Shown piece after piece: positions 12,688 through 26,100 of a DNA stretch of 64,000 nucleotides (its first letter is position 1; each line of letters starts with the position of its first letter). The stretch spans positions 1,185,838 to 1,249,837 of the forward strand of contig NW_019091362.1 in the NCBI RefSeq assembly GCF_001949145.1, written 5' to 3'. The translations under genes and the position numbers were made by a program. The notes under the pieces are model-generated. The model was not told the DNA's origin, ran no database searches, and worked only from the letters and a program-made list of their open reading frames with translations. Source of the DNA: Acanthaster planci. Its lineage: Eukaryota.

Positions 12688-13620
12688 TGTGGCGGTTTTT
12701 GCCCACCCAACAATATTTATTATCCTCCCACGGGTTCGAGGGGCTATAAACGTAGGAGGGGGAACTATCACGAACGGGGAACTGTTATTCACCTGCCCGT
12801 TTGTCGGCAGTATACAGATGGGCAAGCATTAGACAGTTCTCTGCCTAACACAAGTTACTGAAGCGAAGGGGGACACCCAAGTGCAATAAACAACTCCCAG
12901 CTGGTTTATACTGGTCCTCTCTTTCAATAGGCACAACACAAATAATGAGAAAGGTTCACTAATAAACACACCAGTATCAAGTGCCCCGAAGCTTACTAAA
13001 GGTTCATTACTCTTGAGGGCGAGGGTTACTTCGGCACCTTTATGCAAATTACCTAAGCCTCTCTCAATACCAACCCAATACGTGTAGCGCACCTCACAGC
13101 GGAGAATTATCAACAGTCTCAGCATGTCCACTGTATAAACCGCAATTATTATCGCACATTACTATAATTATGTGACCACAGGTTAGTTATTTTCTCTACT
13201 AACATATCTTATGGATCGACAAGGTCAAGGAGCTCTCTGTAAACCTCTTTGATCATAGACAATAGATCACGCAGACTAAACCTCGCTATGCCGTTACCGA
13301 ATTACCGGCCGGTTGAACAATATCGCCCGTCTGATTACTGATCTCTCAGCCTAATACGACCCAACATACATGAGAAACACTCAACTCGATTCTAATAAAA
13401 TCCCGAGCACTATATGTTTCACTTTGGCTCAGCAAAGAAGACTTTACCCTCACGGTAAATTTCTTCCGAAGGCTCCTCTTTACACACCAGCCAGCCTGCC
13501 CCCGTTCAGTAGGCCTAGTAGAACGAGTACACTTTGGCTCCCCAAACCAAAGCCAACAACTACTAAGCTAATCTCATAACCTCCCTACTCGGACGGAGGT
13601 TTTACGGTTCAAGAGTATAA
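12688..13620 (-). mobile_element. Putative LTR fragment in reverse orientation
   Basis: Begins TGTGGCG, the reverse complement of the CGCCACA end of the 15274-16239 LTR. Composition is similar. The other end and a TSD were not found. Confidence 0.35.
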
Positions 13621-13888
13621 CCCTCTCATCAATGGAACCCACGTCGCTTAATTACCTTGCCAAACTTCCACAGCGTTGTGTATGTTTGACGTCTAAAGCC
13701 CTTTTCGCACGACGCCCAAAAATCGCAAGGCTTGAGACACAATTTCGGGGCGGGAATTGTTTTCTTTACAAACCGCGACCATATCCTTTCACACGGCACC
13801 GTGTAACATTTTGCAAGCATTCCTTGAGACGCGAACGCTTAGAATGTTATTAGACTCACCGCCCCTAACGGCTTGTTCCATCATATTC

Positions 13889-14726
13889 ATAGAGCCCGAA
13901 AGTAAAAAGTCACGCAGCGAGCTTCTGGAACCCTTGCGCGGTCCTCCTATGGGGATTTTACGTTGGGCCGTCCTATCACGTTCGATAATTTTTGGAAGAA
14001 CAATTCCCAACTGAAACTACCCCATGAAACATTCATGTTGGAATTTTAACTTTGTCTTCCTCAAGTAATATTTAGGAAAAGTTACATTGAGATATGTAAA
14101 AACGAATTTTCTTAACGACCTTTCACTTCCAGCGATATCGTGCCCATGGTTTCCATGTTCGTGCACGTTTGTTTTCACTGCTTGTGCTCACGTGAAAACG
14201 AAATTGCACAACGTTGCAAAAATTTACCTACTTGCAGTCGATGGGTTCCAGATTCCGTTGAGTTGACTTCATGCAGTTGTTGTCAGCAAAGGTTAGATAA
14301 AAGATTAGAATCTTTCGTAATTGAAGTAGAATATTGCTTTAGGTTTACTACTTATAAATTATAAGACTGTTTTAGATATTTTGATGTGTTTTTATTTCAG
14401 TTTTTACCGACGGAGTACCATAAAATTTCAAACCGTAAATGTTAAACTAGTGTCCGAGACTGACGCATTACACTGTTTTCATGTATTTTAAATTTTCGGA
14501 ACTAACGGGTACATTTTTGGCAGGATATTTCTCTTTTAGGTCAGGTGATTTTTTAGTTGCTATAAATTGATATACTAGCAAATATTTTCCAAAGCCCCTT
14601 TTCCAAGTGGGATTTTTAAGAAGTAACCGAACGAAAACAATTACAAATTCTAAAATCTTTGCACATTATTTTTCCTATCCAAGGGTTCCGGAAGCGCGCC
14701 ATCAGAGGTCAACTTTCAGGCTCTAT
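13889..14726. mobile_element. Non-autonomous TIR element
   Basis: Left ATAGAGCCCGAAAGT..GCTTCTGGAACCCTTG matches the reverse complement of right CAAGGGTTCCGGAAGC..ACTTTCAGGCTCTAT. Confidence 0.65.
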
Positions 14727-15273
14727 TCAAGTTGAAACCGAAAATGCATGATAATACGATAATACGGGCATTTCACAATAGTGCGCCTCCACGAGTTTGC
14801 AGCGCGTTGGTCAATTACAATGCGCGAAATATGTCAGGTGACCACAAACCAACTAAAACGTCTAAAAATTTATTAATAACACACTACAAGCTAGAACTGT
14901 TTTAGTTAAGTTCCTAGGTTCTTGAGGATTACAAAATGTACTTTTACATATAGGCCTACTGTCTTTAGCTCTCCTCCCAACGGCCATGGAAAATAGTTTG
15001 AAAATACCAGAAACATTCCTTTTTGTTGTGTACACTTATATTTAGAATGTGTCTGGTTATTTTACATTTCCCTTCCATTTTGTTTATTTCACCATTTTCC
15101 GTAATTTTACTCGTTTGTATTCGTATGTTAAATGTATAAATTTGATTGGTTTCCTTTTGGAAATTCGCATTCAGCCAATTTACTCTCGTTTTATGTTAAA
15201 AAATAACTAGAGCGATGGCAATTTATGTACATTACAGAACAGATTGGTAGCTCAGAAACGCACCTATCAATAC

Positions 15274-16239
15274 TGTAACGAAACAGGGGTAGGCATGGAT
15301 ACCAGTCTAATTCATAAATTATTGATTCATGCATGGACCAATCAGTGGTGCGTTGAGCACTGGGTCTGGGCGCTTGCGGCGTGCTTCGGGCTCGCTTTTC
15401 TAGTTCATTGAAAGGTCGTGTTGTGGAAGCATCTTGCGCGGAGAACGCTGTGTACCGTCCTGTGCTGTGACTGAGGTGGCGTGGGCGCTGGACCGTGAGC
15501 ACTGCGTGTGGATACACTGTAGCTGGTAGATGTAGTAGTAAGGTGCATTGTGTCTAGCTTAGTTGATGGTAGAGCTGAGTGTACGTGGTGAACCAGGGCT
15601 GTGAGCTAGTGGTCTTTGCTGTCAACTTGAAGTTGCTTGTCGTCTGTAAGCACTGGTAGTGGAGTGACGGCTGGAAGCAATCCTGTTATCATTGTGCTAA
15701 CTGGCCTTGGGGTTAACTCTTACCTTTTAGTTAAATCGCCCCTGACTTGCGTGACACTCTGTGTTATTCGCGTGAGGGCTATAGTAGTGAGGCATCCCTT
15801 GGGTTATAAATTGGCTGTGCTAAAGTTGGTCGGGTAGTTAGGTTTACCTCGTGAGGCACATTAAATTGCCTGTTCAGGTGTATTGTGTAAATAAACCTTG
15901 TGTTATTTATACACCTCATTGATTTGTACTTGTAATAAACCAATTACTTGGTTATTGTCCTTAGGAATCCTGTATCACTGTGAGCTAATTAAGGTTTCCC
16001 TGTATTTCCTTGCTCTGATACCAGTATTGATCCTGTCTTTCCGAAGTGGTGGTAAATTTCCACCAAACGAACTGCTCCAAGGCTGTTCGTCAGCTGATAT
16101 CCCCCCTTGTGTCAGGGTAGCCGCTCATCCTTGCGCAAGGTTAATAAATATGTTTGTGGGGTCAGGCCGGGTCAATTCCCGGCATCTTCGATCAGGCCAG
16201 TCTACTGGGTCTGCCACAGGTGTCAGTTGTCTCGCCACA
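15274..16239 (+). mobile_element. Solo LTR (Gypsy-like, 4-bp TSD)
   Basis: TGTAACG...CGCCACA termini flanked by ATAC direct repeats (15270-15273 and 16240-16243). Internal AATAAA at ~15890 and ~15934. No coding region. Confidence 0.7.
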
Positions 16240-17103
16240 ATACATGTACATCCCAGATGATATTCCAAATGCACGTATTTTCCAATTGACCTTCCGTGAC
16301 TGGGGGATTCTAATCAGTCAGCACATAATTCCAAAGTTGTAAACCGACGTGGTCCTCATTCCTGGCTCTCAAATTAGCCGCTGGCCAAACTTGCTTGTTG
16401 AGCTCTGTAGAGGTATATCAATAGCACTTGATAACTTAACTTGGTGTATTTCCTCAACTAACTTATGAAAACTTGTAAAACAATGAAGACTGAGTGTACA
16501 AGTCAGAGAAATGACGAAAAAAAGGTGGAGTATTCTTTGAATCAAAGAATCCGCTTTTTCGTCGTGTATCCTCAACATAGGCCAATAACCAATCATTAGC
16601 TAGTAGTGCCTGTCACGGATTTTCGTTGCACAGCGGTTCGCCATTTGTTGGGACGTCATACATCTCTAGGAAATCAGGTTCATCCCAGGCCCCGTGGAAA
16701 TATACCAGGCAAGACATGGGACGAAGGGGTACCCCCCCTTACCTGTCTAATCCCTATACACACTCTAGACTATTGTTACTTAACACATCCCCCCTAGAAG
16801 TCTGTAAAGAATTTCTGAGATTCCGATCAAACAATGACCAACACAAAGGCCNGGGGGGGGTTCTCTCCGTCCTATATCTTGCTTCAAATGTGTAGAAAGG
16901 GGGGCGTGCAGTGGGTGACGGGATTTTATCATACACTTATTATGGAGACCAGTTCTGCTAACACCTGCCCTCGTGTTCAAATGAGGATGTATGCTAATAA
17001 GATTCAAGCTAGCGTATCAGTCGCAAAACCAGTCTCGAGTAACAGGGTGAAGAATGATAAAAGAATCCGTTTCTTGCTACACCATGAAGAAGCCCATGTA
17101 TTA

Positions 17104-18381
17104 CCATAGAGGAAGGGCACAGGAGTTGCAACTCACGCACCTCAAAGTGTTCAATGATAGTCGCCGCCGGATCAGACGAATAATAGAAAACATTCCGAAC
17201 ATGCCTGATTACTGCCTACATCTTAGCCAGACAAGCGGGGCCAGTAATATCCTGGCAATACATATAGTTCTTGCCTGCAATTAAATACAAACTATCGCTG
17301 TGACCAGGACATAGAGAAAGAAGAATCCCTGATATTAGACCTACTTTTGCCATCGTAAATGAAATTTTTAAATGTTGATACACTGTTCATTATCCATGAA
17401 AAGTTTGTAATTTTATTCTCCTCTGTCCAATACATTAGTGTTCAAAGACACGGTACGAATTAGGCTAAGACTGGCCAGCAAAATAATAATTATAAATAAT
17501 TTATTCATTTATAAAGCGCAAATTTCATATAGATATGTTAAAATGCTGTGTACAATGAAGACATTAAGCGTGGAACAATAAATACATCTAATCATGGTTG
17601 AGCCGATGGCACACAAGGGCGCCTCAGGCAGCCGCCAAACGACCCAACAGTAAAGGGAGACAGTAAGAAGCAGTTACAGTTTTAGAGGTAGGAGGAAAAC
17701 CCCAGAGGAATAATTCTGGGTAAAACCCACAGAGTCGGGTAGGGAATGAAAACCCAATCCATATGTGGACCGGGCCGGGAATCGAACCTGGGACCACAGA
17801 GGTAGAAGGCAAGGAAAGAACTACGTTGCCAACCTTGCCAAATGTTCACTACTACTGGAAAGCTGAGTTCATTAGAAACAAAATGCACTATTTCATCACA
17901 GGGAGTGATCGTGAAATCTCATAAAATACGCTTTTGTACAAATACCATAACAAAAATGATTCAAACAAAACACAAAATCTTGTATACAACCGGGCAATTT
18001 ATTCCCAAAATAACTCCAGAAGAAAGAGCTCATTAAGGGCAATGACTGCACATATAGATTTAGGGCACACAGCATAATGCAACCAACTGCGCAAGCATTA
18101 AATTTGATGTTGTCATGAGATTATACCAAGCGCCAACAAATTGCATGAATATTCAATTTCCTATACCTCAGTACACGAAGTTTTAAGGATGCAGATTACC
18201 ATCCACAAATTGCGGCGGCGATCACAGGGTACAAAGGGATTTCGTGGGTGTGAAACAGATGGTGCGTAGCAAGCGTCCGCTGCGCTCTGGCTATGGACAT
18301 GCCAGGCATGCCAGAAAGCGGTAATTGGCCAGATGTTACAGCCCGGACAGTTCAAAATTCCTCTGTGTCCTTCCTCTATGG
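17104..18381. mobile_element. Non-autonomous TIR DNA transposon, copy 2, carrying a SINE insertion
   Basis: CCATAGAGGAAGGGCACAG ... CTGTGTCCTTCCTCTATGG, flanked by TA/TA. Interior is homologous to 4479-5109. Confidence 0.75.
17481..17839 (-). mobile_element. tRNA-derived SINE
   Basis: Minus strand has a B-box (GGTTCGATTCC), a central GGGTTTT..CCTCC domain and an AT-rich 3' tail. A second copy lies at 57712-57852. Confidence 0.8.
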
Positions 18382-19345
18382 TATTTATGTAAGTTAAAGT
18401 TCAGAATTGAAGTCTTCGTATAGATTTTCTGATAGTCCTCAGGGGTCTCAATAACACTGACTTTGCACCAACGCACACCTAGGACATAAAGAACATCTAT
18501 AAATTGTAACGGAGACGGGGGGGGGGCTTTTTCCGCCACAATTTCTATCTCCTGATATCACAGAGAGGCAGGTGTTTTATTTTTCCCACCATGGATCCAA
18601 TCAAACCAGGATCACCGCAATGACTTGATCAGTTTCAAGTGATCAATGACTAGGGGTGAACAAATATGATAATGCCTGGGGATGATAAGGGAGATCCCCT
18701 ACATTACACTTAATTTTAAAAAAGGAAAGATGACCCCACCCTTTTATATACTGAAGCGGATAAAACACATTTTCCATCACAAAAACTGACATTTTCTTCA
18801 GTTGTTTCCTAATGAAAACTATAATACAAATATACAAAAATACACTCCTCTTAAATGCAACCAATTTAGATAACAAAATAGAATTATTGGGAAGGTACAG
18901 TGCATATGCTCCACACCTCTACAAGTTGGCGATGTGTTATCTGATCCCCATTCACAATGCTAAAACTTCTTTACATAAATTTGAATATTCAGTCTTCCTT
19001 CTCTGTCAATATTGTTGTCATAGGCTGTCATATAGCTACACTCTATTACTGTACTGCGCTTGGTGGGTGTGGTTTTTTTTTTTTTTGGTTTAGCCTAGAG
19101 GTGGTCCAAACGCTTGCTTGTCCAAAGTTTGCTGGCGTAAATGTTTACTGTGTATGAAACCGCTGTATAAATAAAATTTATCCACATGAGACTTTTAGAT
19201 CCTTACTTTACACAATGCAATTTCTTTTGATCGACTGTGTCATGCCACTCAGTTTGGTTCAGAATGATGATCACAAAGGCATTCCCCTTTCACTGTGAAA
19301 TCCCTGTTACTTTAATCCTGGTATCAACTTGAAATAACTCTGGAG

Positions 19346-19503
19346 CAGAGCTGGTGACTCAAGTCATGTGACTTGAACTCGAGTTGCTATTTTTGTGAAT
19401 TGACTTGTAAATACCTGCTTTGACTTGTGATTTGACTTGGACTTGCAAAAATTGACTTGTGACTTGACTTGGACTTGCAAAATATGACTTGCTGCCACCT
19501 CTG
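19346..19503. mobile_element. hAT-type MITE with 8-bp TSD
   Basis: CTCTGGAG is directly repeated at 19338-19345 and 19504-19511. Termini are CAGAGCTGG / CCACCTCTG, with internal GACTTG repeats. Confidence 0.85.
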
Positions 19504-20114
19504 CTCTGGAGTGGCTTTGTATTGACTAAACCCTAGGTCTGACTTTATTGTGGCCTTTTTCCGCAATTCTGCCAAAAAAACCAAACCCAGAAACACAATG
19601 TAACTTTTGCTGTGAAATTTGACCACCTTGAAGTTTATCAAAGTCATCAGAGGTTAATGACACGATGTTGAAAATACAAATAGCTTAAATGGGAAGTACT
19701 TTTAAGCAGGACTTAAAGTAGAGACTCTTAATTTGAGAACAAAGTCTGGATTCTTTTTCACAGTTTTTTTTTAACTCTTTGGCTAATAGGAAGTATAAAA
19801 CTACAGCCTGAACATGGCAAAAGTTATTAAATACCACATATTAGGGGAAATGCTATATTTGCTCGGTATTTTATTTATGGAAACTGGGGTTGTACCTAGT
19901 GTGATGTTATCTGCTCTGGCTAGAAGTACATCATAAACCTACAGCCCACAACCATACTTCAGTCACTGTTGCTGAAGTACCCAATGGAATGATAAAAATA
20001 TTGTACAGAGAATAATAATTTCAATTTTGTGAATGTACCAGTGATTATGAATACAGCATTGAGACAAAACAAACCTGAGGCTTGCTTCCCTATTACATCT
20101 CAGGGTCAAACGGT

Positions 20115-23100
20115 TCACTCAGTGAGAGGTCTGGCTGTCTCTGATGTATACCTAGCGTGAGTGTCTCCCATATTGGAGGGCAGGGGCGTATTGGGCTGTG
20201 ACATATGGGTGGGGCTGCTCCGAGCACTCATCTGGGACCAGTCTCCGCCCCCTCCAACCGCACGCTGCTCAAAGTTCTTACGGATGTCAAACAGGTTGAT
20301 CACTGACACCCTCTGTGCAAATCAAGTTAGGGAACTCTGGCTTTAAAATCTATATTAAACTTTTCAAATTTGTTTGAACAGCACCTTTTTGAATACCAGT
20401 TTTCTTTTTTTGTCACTATTGTACAAGCGTGTTGATTACATATGCCATCCGCATAATTGACATGATCTTTTTCTACGAAAAACATTCACAGAGTAAACTT
20501 ACTTTGCCTCTAAAGTCAGAAGTGTCAACAATGGAGAAAAAACATTTAGGAGGAGGAACCAAAAAAAGATTAAAAAACAACACAAGCTGGAACAACTCTG
20601 AAATTCTGAGCTTTTTTTTTTAAATCAAAAATCCCAAACTGAATAAAAACTGATTGCAGTATCAATAGACCAATCACAGACAAGGATACATTTTTATTTG
20701 GTAATGGAGGCAGCTGGAACATAGATGGTGGTTGGGTAAGACGCAGCTGTCCTAAAGATCCTGGATTGAAAAAAAATTATACCTGTGTTATATCATGGAA
20801 AATGATTATATCATATAAATTGGAAAACAATCCACAACCTGAATATCTGTTTCAAACAAACAAGACGAGCAATAAAAACTGAGTCTTAACTGAGTCTGAA
20901 ATTATTTGTCAGCAATTCTTGGTTAAATTTGTTGGTGACTTAAATGCTGTGCTCATTTGCAAAGATTTTAGCCAATATATGAAGGGGGATTATTTAAAAA
21001 TAAACAGCCCTAAGCATGGTATAATTCTAGCAGAAAACAATTTATTAAAGGTAAAATATCAGCTATAAACCAGCTAAATTATAAAAATCAACTGAAATGT
21101 CAAAAATAATGACTCTTAAACTTTATCTGAACAATGTTGCTTGTTAGTCCTCATGGTAACTGCAATTTTGCAATTACTCCGCAGCTCGAAAAAAGGATCA
21201 GCCAGAATCATGTTCATTACAAGCTCATTTCCAAGAGCTTGTGTGCATATATACAAAGCAAAATGAGAAATCCGACAGTTTGACCCATCATCTGCCACTG
21301 TCAATATACTATGCCATAGTGAATTAACATGCTGTCTGTACCATCACAGAAAATCTGTTATCAGTTTAATTACGCGTCTTCTGGAGTAAGCTGGTTAACA
21401 CAAAATGGAAATTGTTCAGAAATCAGTACAAGGAAATCACAATGAATTATGTTTTTGCCGAACAAAAGACGTGTAGGCTCACCAGTCGGATGGAAGTAGG
21501 AATGAGCCCTTGGATTGTAAAGTTGACCTGTTTTGGTGGGCATAAAGATGGCTGGAAGACACACTTCTGTGTAAGAATTAAATTAACAAGGTGTGACATA
21601 CTCACAAAAGACACGAACTTGATGTGCTAAGAGTATAGATTCTCAAAGAACATTTTGACACCACAAAGCAAATCTATGTTAGTGGTGGGCAGGGACCTTG
21701 AAGTAATCACTTTGGGTGACTGATAGTAAGGTTTTATGATGTTTAGATGAGGTTGGAATTACACCCTCCAAGCTAGCGCATTATATTTTAGCTATATGAT
21801 GCCGGGTTTAAAGAGCAACTCTAGGGAAAACATGTTTTCTCTGATTTTATCTGTTCAAATAAATTGGAAACATCCATATCAAACCCACTGTCGTTTGTTT
21901 TCAGAGCTCAACTATAACAAGCTAAAAAGGGCTTTTTTTTCTGTTCATGCCAAGATGCGAATTCTGAACATGCTGAATGTAGATTGCATCATTCTGAGAA
22001 GACAGAGAAAACGAGGGGAACCCTCACCTTGTATTTGTAGTGGATAATTCTCTTGTGCACATCAAACAATGGCCAAGGGTTTATCCACTATGAACACAGG
22101 GCAAGGGTTCCCCTTGTTTTCTCTGTTTGCTCAGAATGACGCAATCTACATTCAGAATTCGCATCTTGGCATGAACAGAAAAAAGCCCTTTTTAGCTTGT
22201 TATAGTTGAGCTCTGAAGACAAATGACACTGCATTCGATTTCTATGCTTCCATATTTATTTGAACAAGTAGATTAAAAGAAAACATGTTTTCCTTTGAGT
22301 TGCTCTTTAATTTGAAGTTGCATGACGTATTCCCTGGGGATTTTCAAGATTTCTGTTTTCAAAATTCTTCAAAAATTCAAAACTTCATTTACTGGACGTT
22401 TACACCCACATGAATGACTGTCTGGTGGCTACGTTAATCTGACAGACAACATCTATTGATGCCCGAGTATTTCAGCCAAGCCTGCTGCCTTGTAAAGAGA
22501 GCCCAGATCGTGCGGTGTTACATAATTTTCTTTTGTTCCCGAAACTGGCCCAGTGCACTGCTGGCGTCTTTTCAAATGCAGACCAGATTTGCGTGCAGCG
22601 GTATTGTATCGCCCATCCCTGGAGTGCTGGAGCACTTTTGTCCCCGGTGGTAATCCACTCGTGTTGAATGCAACAAACAGTGGTATAATCATTCAAAACA
22701 ATAACAGGTTTCGTTCGCTATTGACAACTGAAATAATGTTGGCAATTCCCAGCAGCCCAGTCTTTTGTTCCAAGTACGGTCTTTTGTTACAAGACTAAGC
22801 TCCTTTGTCTGATTTCGAGCACCCCGGATATGCATACAAACCTAAGGTACCCGGTACCGGGCACCCCGGTGCAAAGTTGTTCATAGCCCAAACTGTGCTC
22901 AGCACACCTAACTTATTGTTGCAAGTAACCATCCCAACTGTTTTGTCATTTTCTCTTTTGATTTCTCCAGCTAGTGAAGTATGAAAACTGAAACCTGGCA
23001 GTTTCCCAAATTTAATTCTTATAACTTTAAACAGAACATTATGTACACAAGTGGAAGTATCATTAATTTTTTAGAAATCCTAGATCTTCATTGGACTTGC

Positions 23101-26100
23101 TCTATATCATTTAAAACTTTTACCAAGCAGTGTTGCAATTTATCTAAAATAGTAACTTTCAAATCACAAAACACATTTAATCTTTTTCCTGGCAAACTGT
23201 GTATTAAGGATTTACCTTTGCTAGCGTCAGCGTTGCTCTCATTTTGCAGATTTATCCTGTACTGGCCGGCTAGCTGCTTAACGATACGATCCTCCATATC
23301 GCTCTTTGTTCTCTCGATCAGCTGTCTTCGTCTGATCTCACTTTCCTCTGAGAATAACTTCAGGCGCTCAAAGAACTAGGTACAATAAAATGACAAATTG
23401 CCGACAAATTACAGCTACAAGTGAGTAATAATACCAGAGCACAGCCCAAGCACAACAGAAAACTTGATGTTGGCCGACTCTACTTACATCTTTGGGCAAG
23501 TCACTGCCCCAGTTGGGTAGATTGGCAGGTCGCCTACCTCTACTCTTGACCGCTCTGCTTAAAACAAAAAAGAAAGGAATATTAAAATGAGACAAGACAA
23601 AACTGGACAGCAGAGACAAAGCACTAAGCAGCGGCAAAGTGACAAACAACAGAGGAACAGGGATCACTTCTAAGGTATTCTCAGGCGATTTCTATCCCGT
23701 CTCCTCCTTTTGCTCACTTCTTTTACTTCCTTTTTTCCCCATTATTCTATTTTTCTGGGGGGAGGGGAAACGCCCCTTCTTGTTCAATACCCCCCTCCCG
23801 GCGACGCCCATGTAGACCTACCTCTGGCTCTTGCATTTAAAAGTAAAGCAGCATCCCAACAGTTCCTGCCTAGAGCTCGTGGAAGTTTGCCTTCTTCCGA
23901 CCCATTTTACATTCTATTAGCCCTAAAAAAAGTCAGGATATGTTGGACCATTTCATGCTGGGGGGGTTCTACCCTTCCCCTCCCCCAAGAATTCAGCTGT
24001 CCCATGCTCATTTTGTAAAAACTTGGCATGCATGTAAAGACACTCCTTATCAGAACAAATATGAAGTTTCAACTCAATCTGACACATGGTGTTTTTTTGA
24101 CGGCCATTTGAAGTTCAAGGCCATACACATGAGCATGGGAATGGTAAAATATACAATTTTGGCAGACCGGTCTCAGGAAAATGGGGCCTGTGCTGGAACG
24201 GTAGTTTCAATTTTCACAAATGTGATGTTAAAACAACCGGAAAGAGTTACGGGAAAAATTCTAAAGGCTCAGTTAACGAAATAAAAGCACTGCTGCTCTT
24301 TTAACCCTGCAGTGAGATGGATGTACCTATAGAAAACTGGCCACACAAACTCTATGCTACAAAATGTACGTGTAGTTGAAAAACCAGAGTTGGAAAACCT
24401 TGCCCCATGATTTTTACTTTCTTTGCTATACCTGAGCTCTTTAGCGGATGTTGACTTGGTGATCCTGCTGTCGGTTGTCCAACCAGCAAGGGGTGAGGTC
24501 ATGTTGCGACGGTGACCTGCAAAAGGAAGATAGTGTTATTATGGGTAGATTGACGTTTACTGCATTTTGAAATTTTTTGTCCACATGAATCTTTAACCAC
24601 TTCTGCTTCAGCTGGCTACTGTACAATCGCCAAAATTCTGGCTGTCCTGTACAGATGACGCCGCAAGGGATCTGGTTGCAACTAAAAGAATTAATTTGTA
24701 AAATGAACTTGTTGGGACAGAACAGCAAGATCAGTTCTGTCAATATTGGTCTTGAAAGCGCCAAGAGTCGCAGAACATCTGACGTGGTTTGGTACAATGA
24801 GTGAAGATAGCTATTTTTGTTTGCCCGGATACGGTTGTAGATAAGGTCACCATGATGATGTCTTGCTGCCCCCCGGGTGGATTTTTCTTGAGCAAGACAA
24901 GATGCTGGGTCCTTTTCAAGATTTTCCGTTTTCAAAATTCTCCAAAAATTCATCATTTTATTTAATGGCCATTTGTACCCACATGGAGGACTCTTTGGGC
25001 ACTACTCTAAAGCTGACAGTTAACCTTCATTGACTTTTGAATATTTCAGCCAGGCCTTGGAAAAAGAGCTCAGATTGTGCAGTGTTACGTAAGATTCCTT
25101 TGTTCCCGAAACCGGCACAGTGCACTGCTGACCTCTTTTCAATAGGGGCCAGATTAGCATGCAGCGGTGCTGTGTGGCTCATCACTGCGGTGGTGGAGAG
25201 CTTTTGTCCCCGGTGGTAATCCGCTTGCTCTAAATGCCTCAAACCGCGGTATACTGTTTCAAAACAAGGCTGGATTATTTCCATTATTGAGAGCGAAAAA
25301 ATGTCGGTAATGCCCAACAGCTCAGTCTTTTGTGCTGAGCACGGTGTTTTGTTATAAGGTCCAACTCTTTTGTCCCAGTTCCGGGCTCCCGGGAGTTCTG
25401 CATCTAAAGCCTATGTACTCGAAAACGGGTCGCCCGGCAGAAAGTGGTTAAGGCACAGGTACACAAATAAAATGAACGATTTGCAATAAACGTGTATAAG
25501 CCAGTTCAATTATCTAAATTTCTAGCCAACTCTTACAAGTAATTTTTGAAATGACCATTTCCCTTGACAAAGGTATATACCAACGCAAGAAAGTCAGTCG
25601 CAGTAATGATGGTTTTTTAATGCAATTTCTATAAAGATACAACAGAATGACTACGTACCATCAGTGGATTTCTGAGGATTTAACAAAGAGTTGAGCTGTT
25701 CATTCTGAAGCTGCTCAAGGTTCCTGGCCAACTCATTCAATCTTTGCCTGTCAAGCCACAGTAAGAAGGGCATTTATAAAACAAATTCAGGCAGAAGAAT
25801 GAGGCCGTGTCCGAAATGGGCTTCCGGAGCTACGGCTAGGTCTATTGTCTACGCTTCTCCACGCATTTCTAATGGAGTGAAGACCTAGACTCGCTCTAGA
25901 CAAGAGATTCGGATGCAGCCTGATATTGACTGTTAGCATGTACAGGGAAACTCCATGTTTTTTACAAGCATTCGAAGCCACAGTTAAATGTCTTAACGCA
26001 CAACTTCCAATTTAATTCTCACAACTTAAATCTCACAGTTGCAACTACAAACAGACTGGAAACCTGAATTCTGTGTGCTACTATGTGGTACACCACTATG

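Noticed and set aside
16611..17201. Possible solo LTR TGTCACGG..CCGAACA with TGCC flanks
   Set aside because: The right end falls inside the TIR element starting at 17104, so the apparent 4-bp TSD is probably chance.
17760..17839. Possible tRNA gene (B-box GGTTCGATTCC)
   Set aside because: It runs into a SINE body shared with 57712-57852 and I could not fold a complete cloverleaf.
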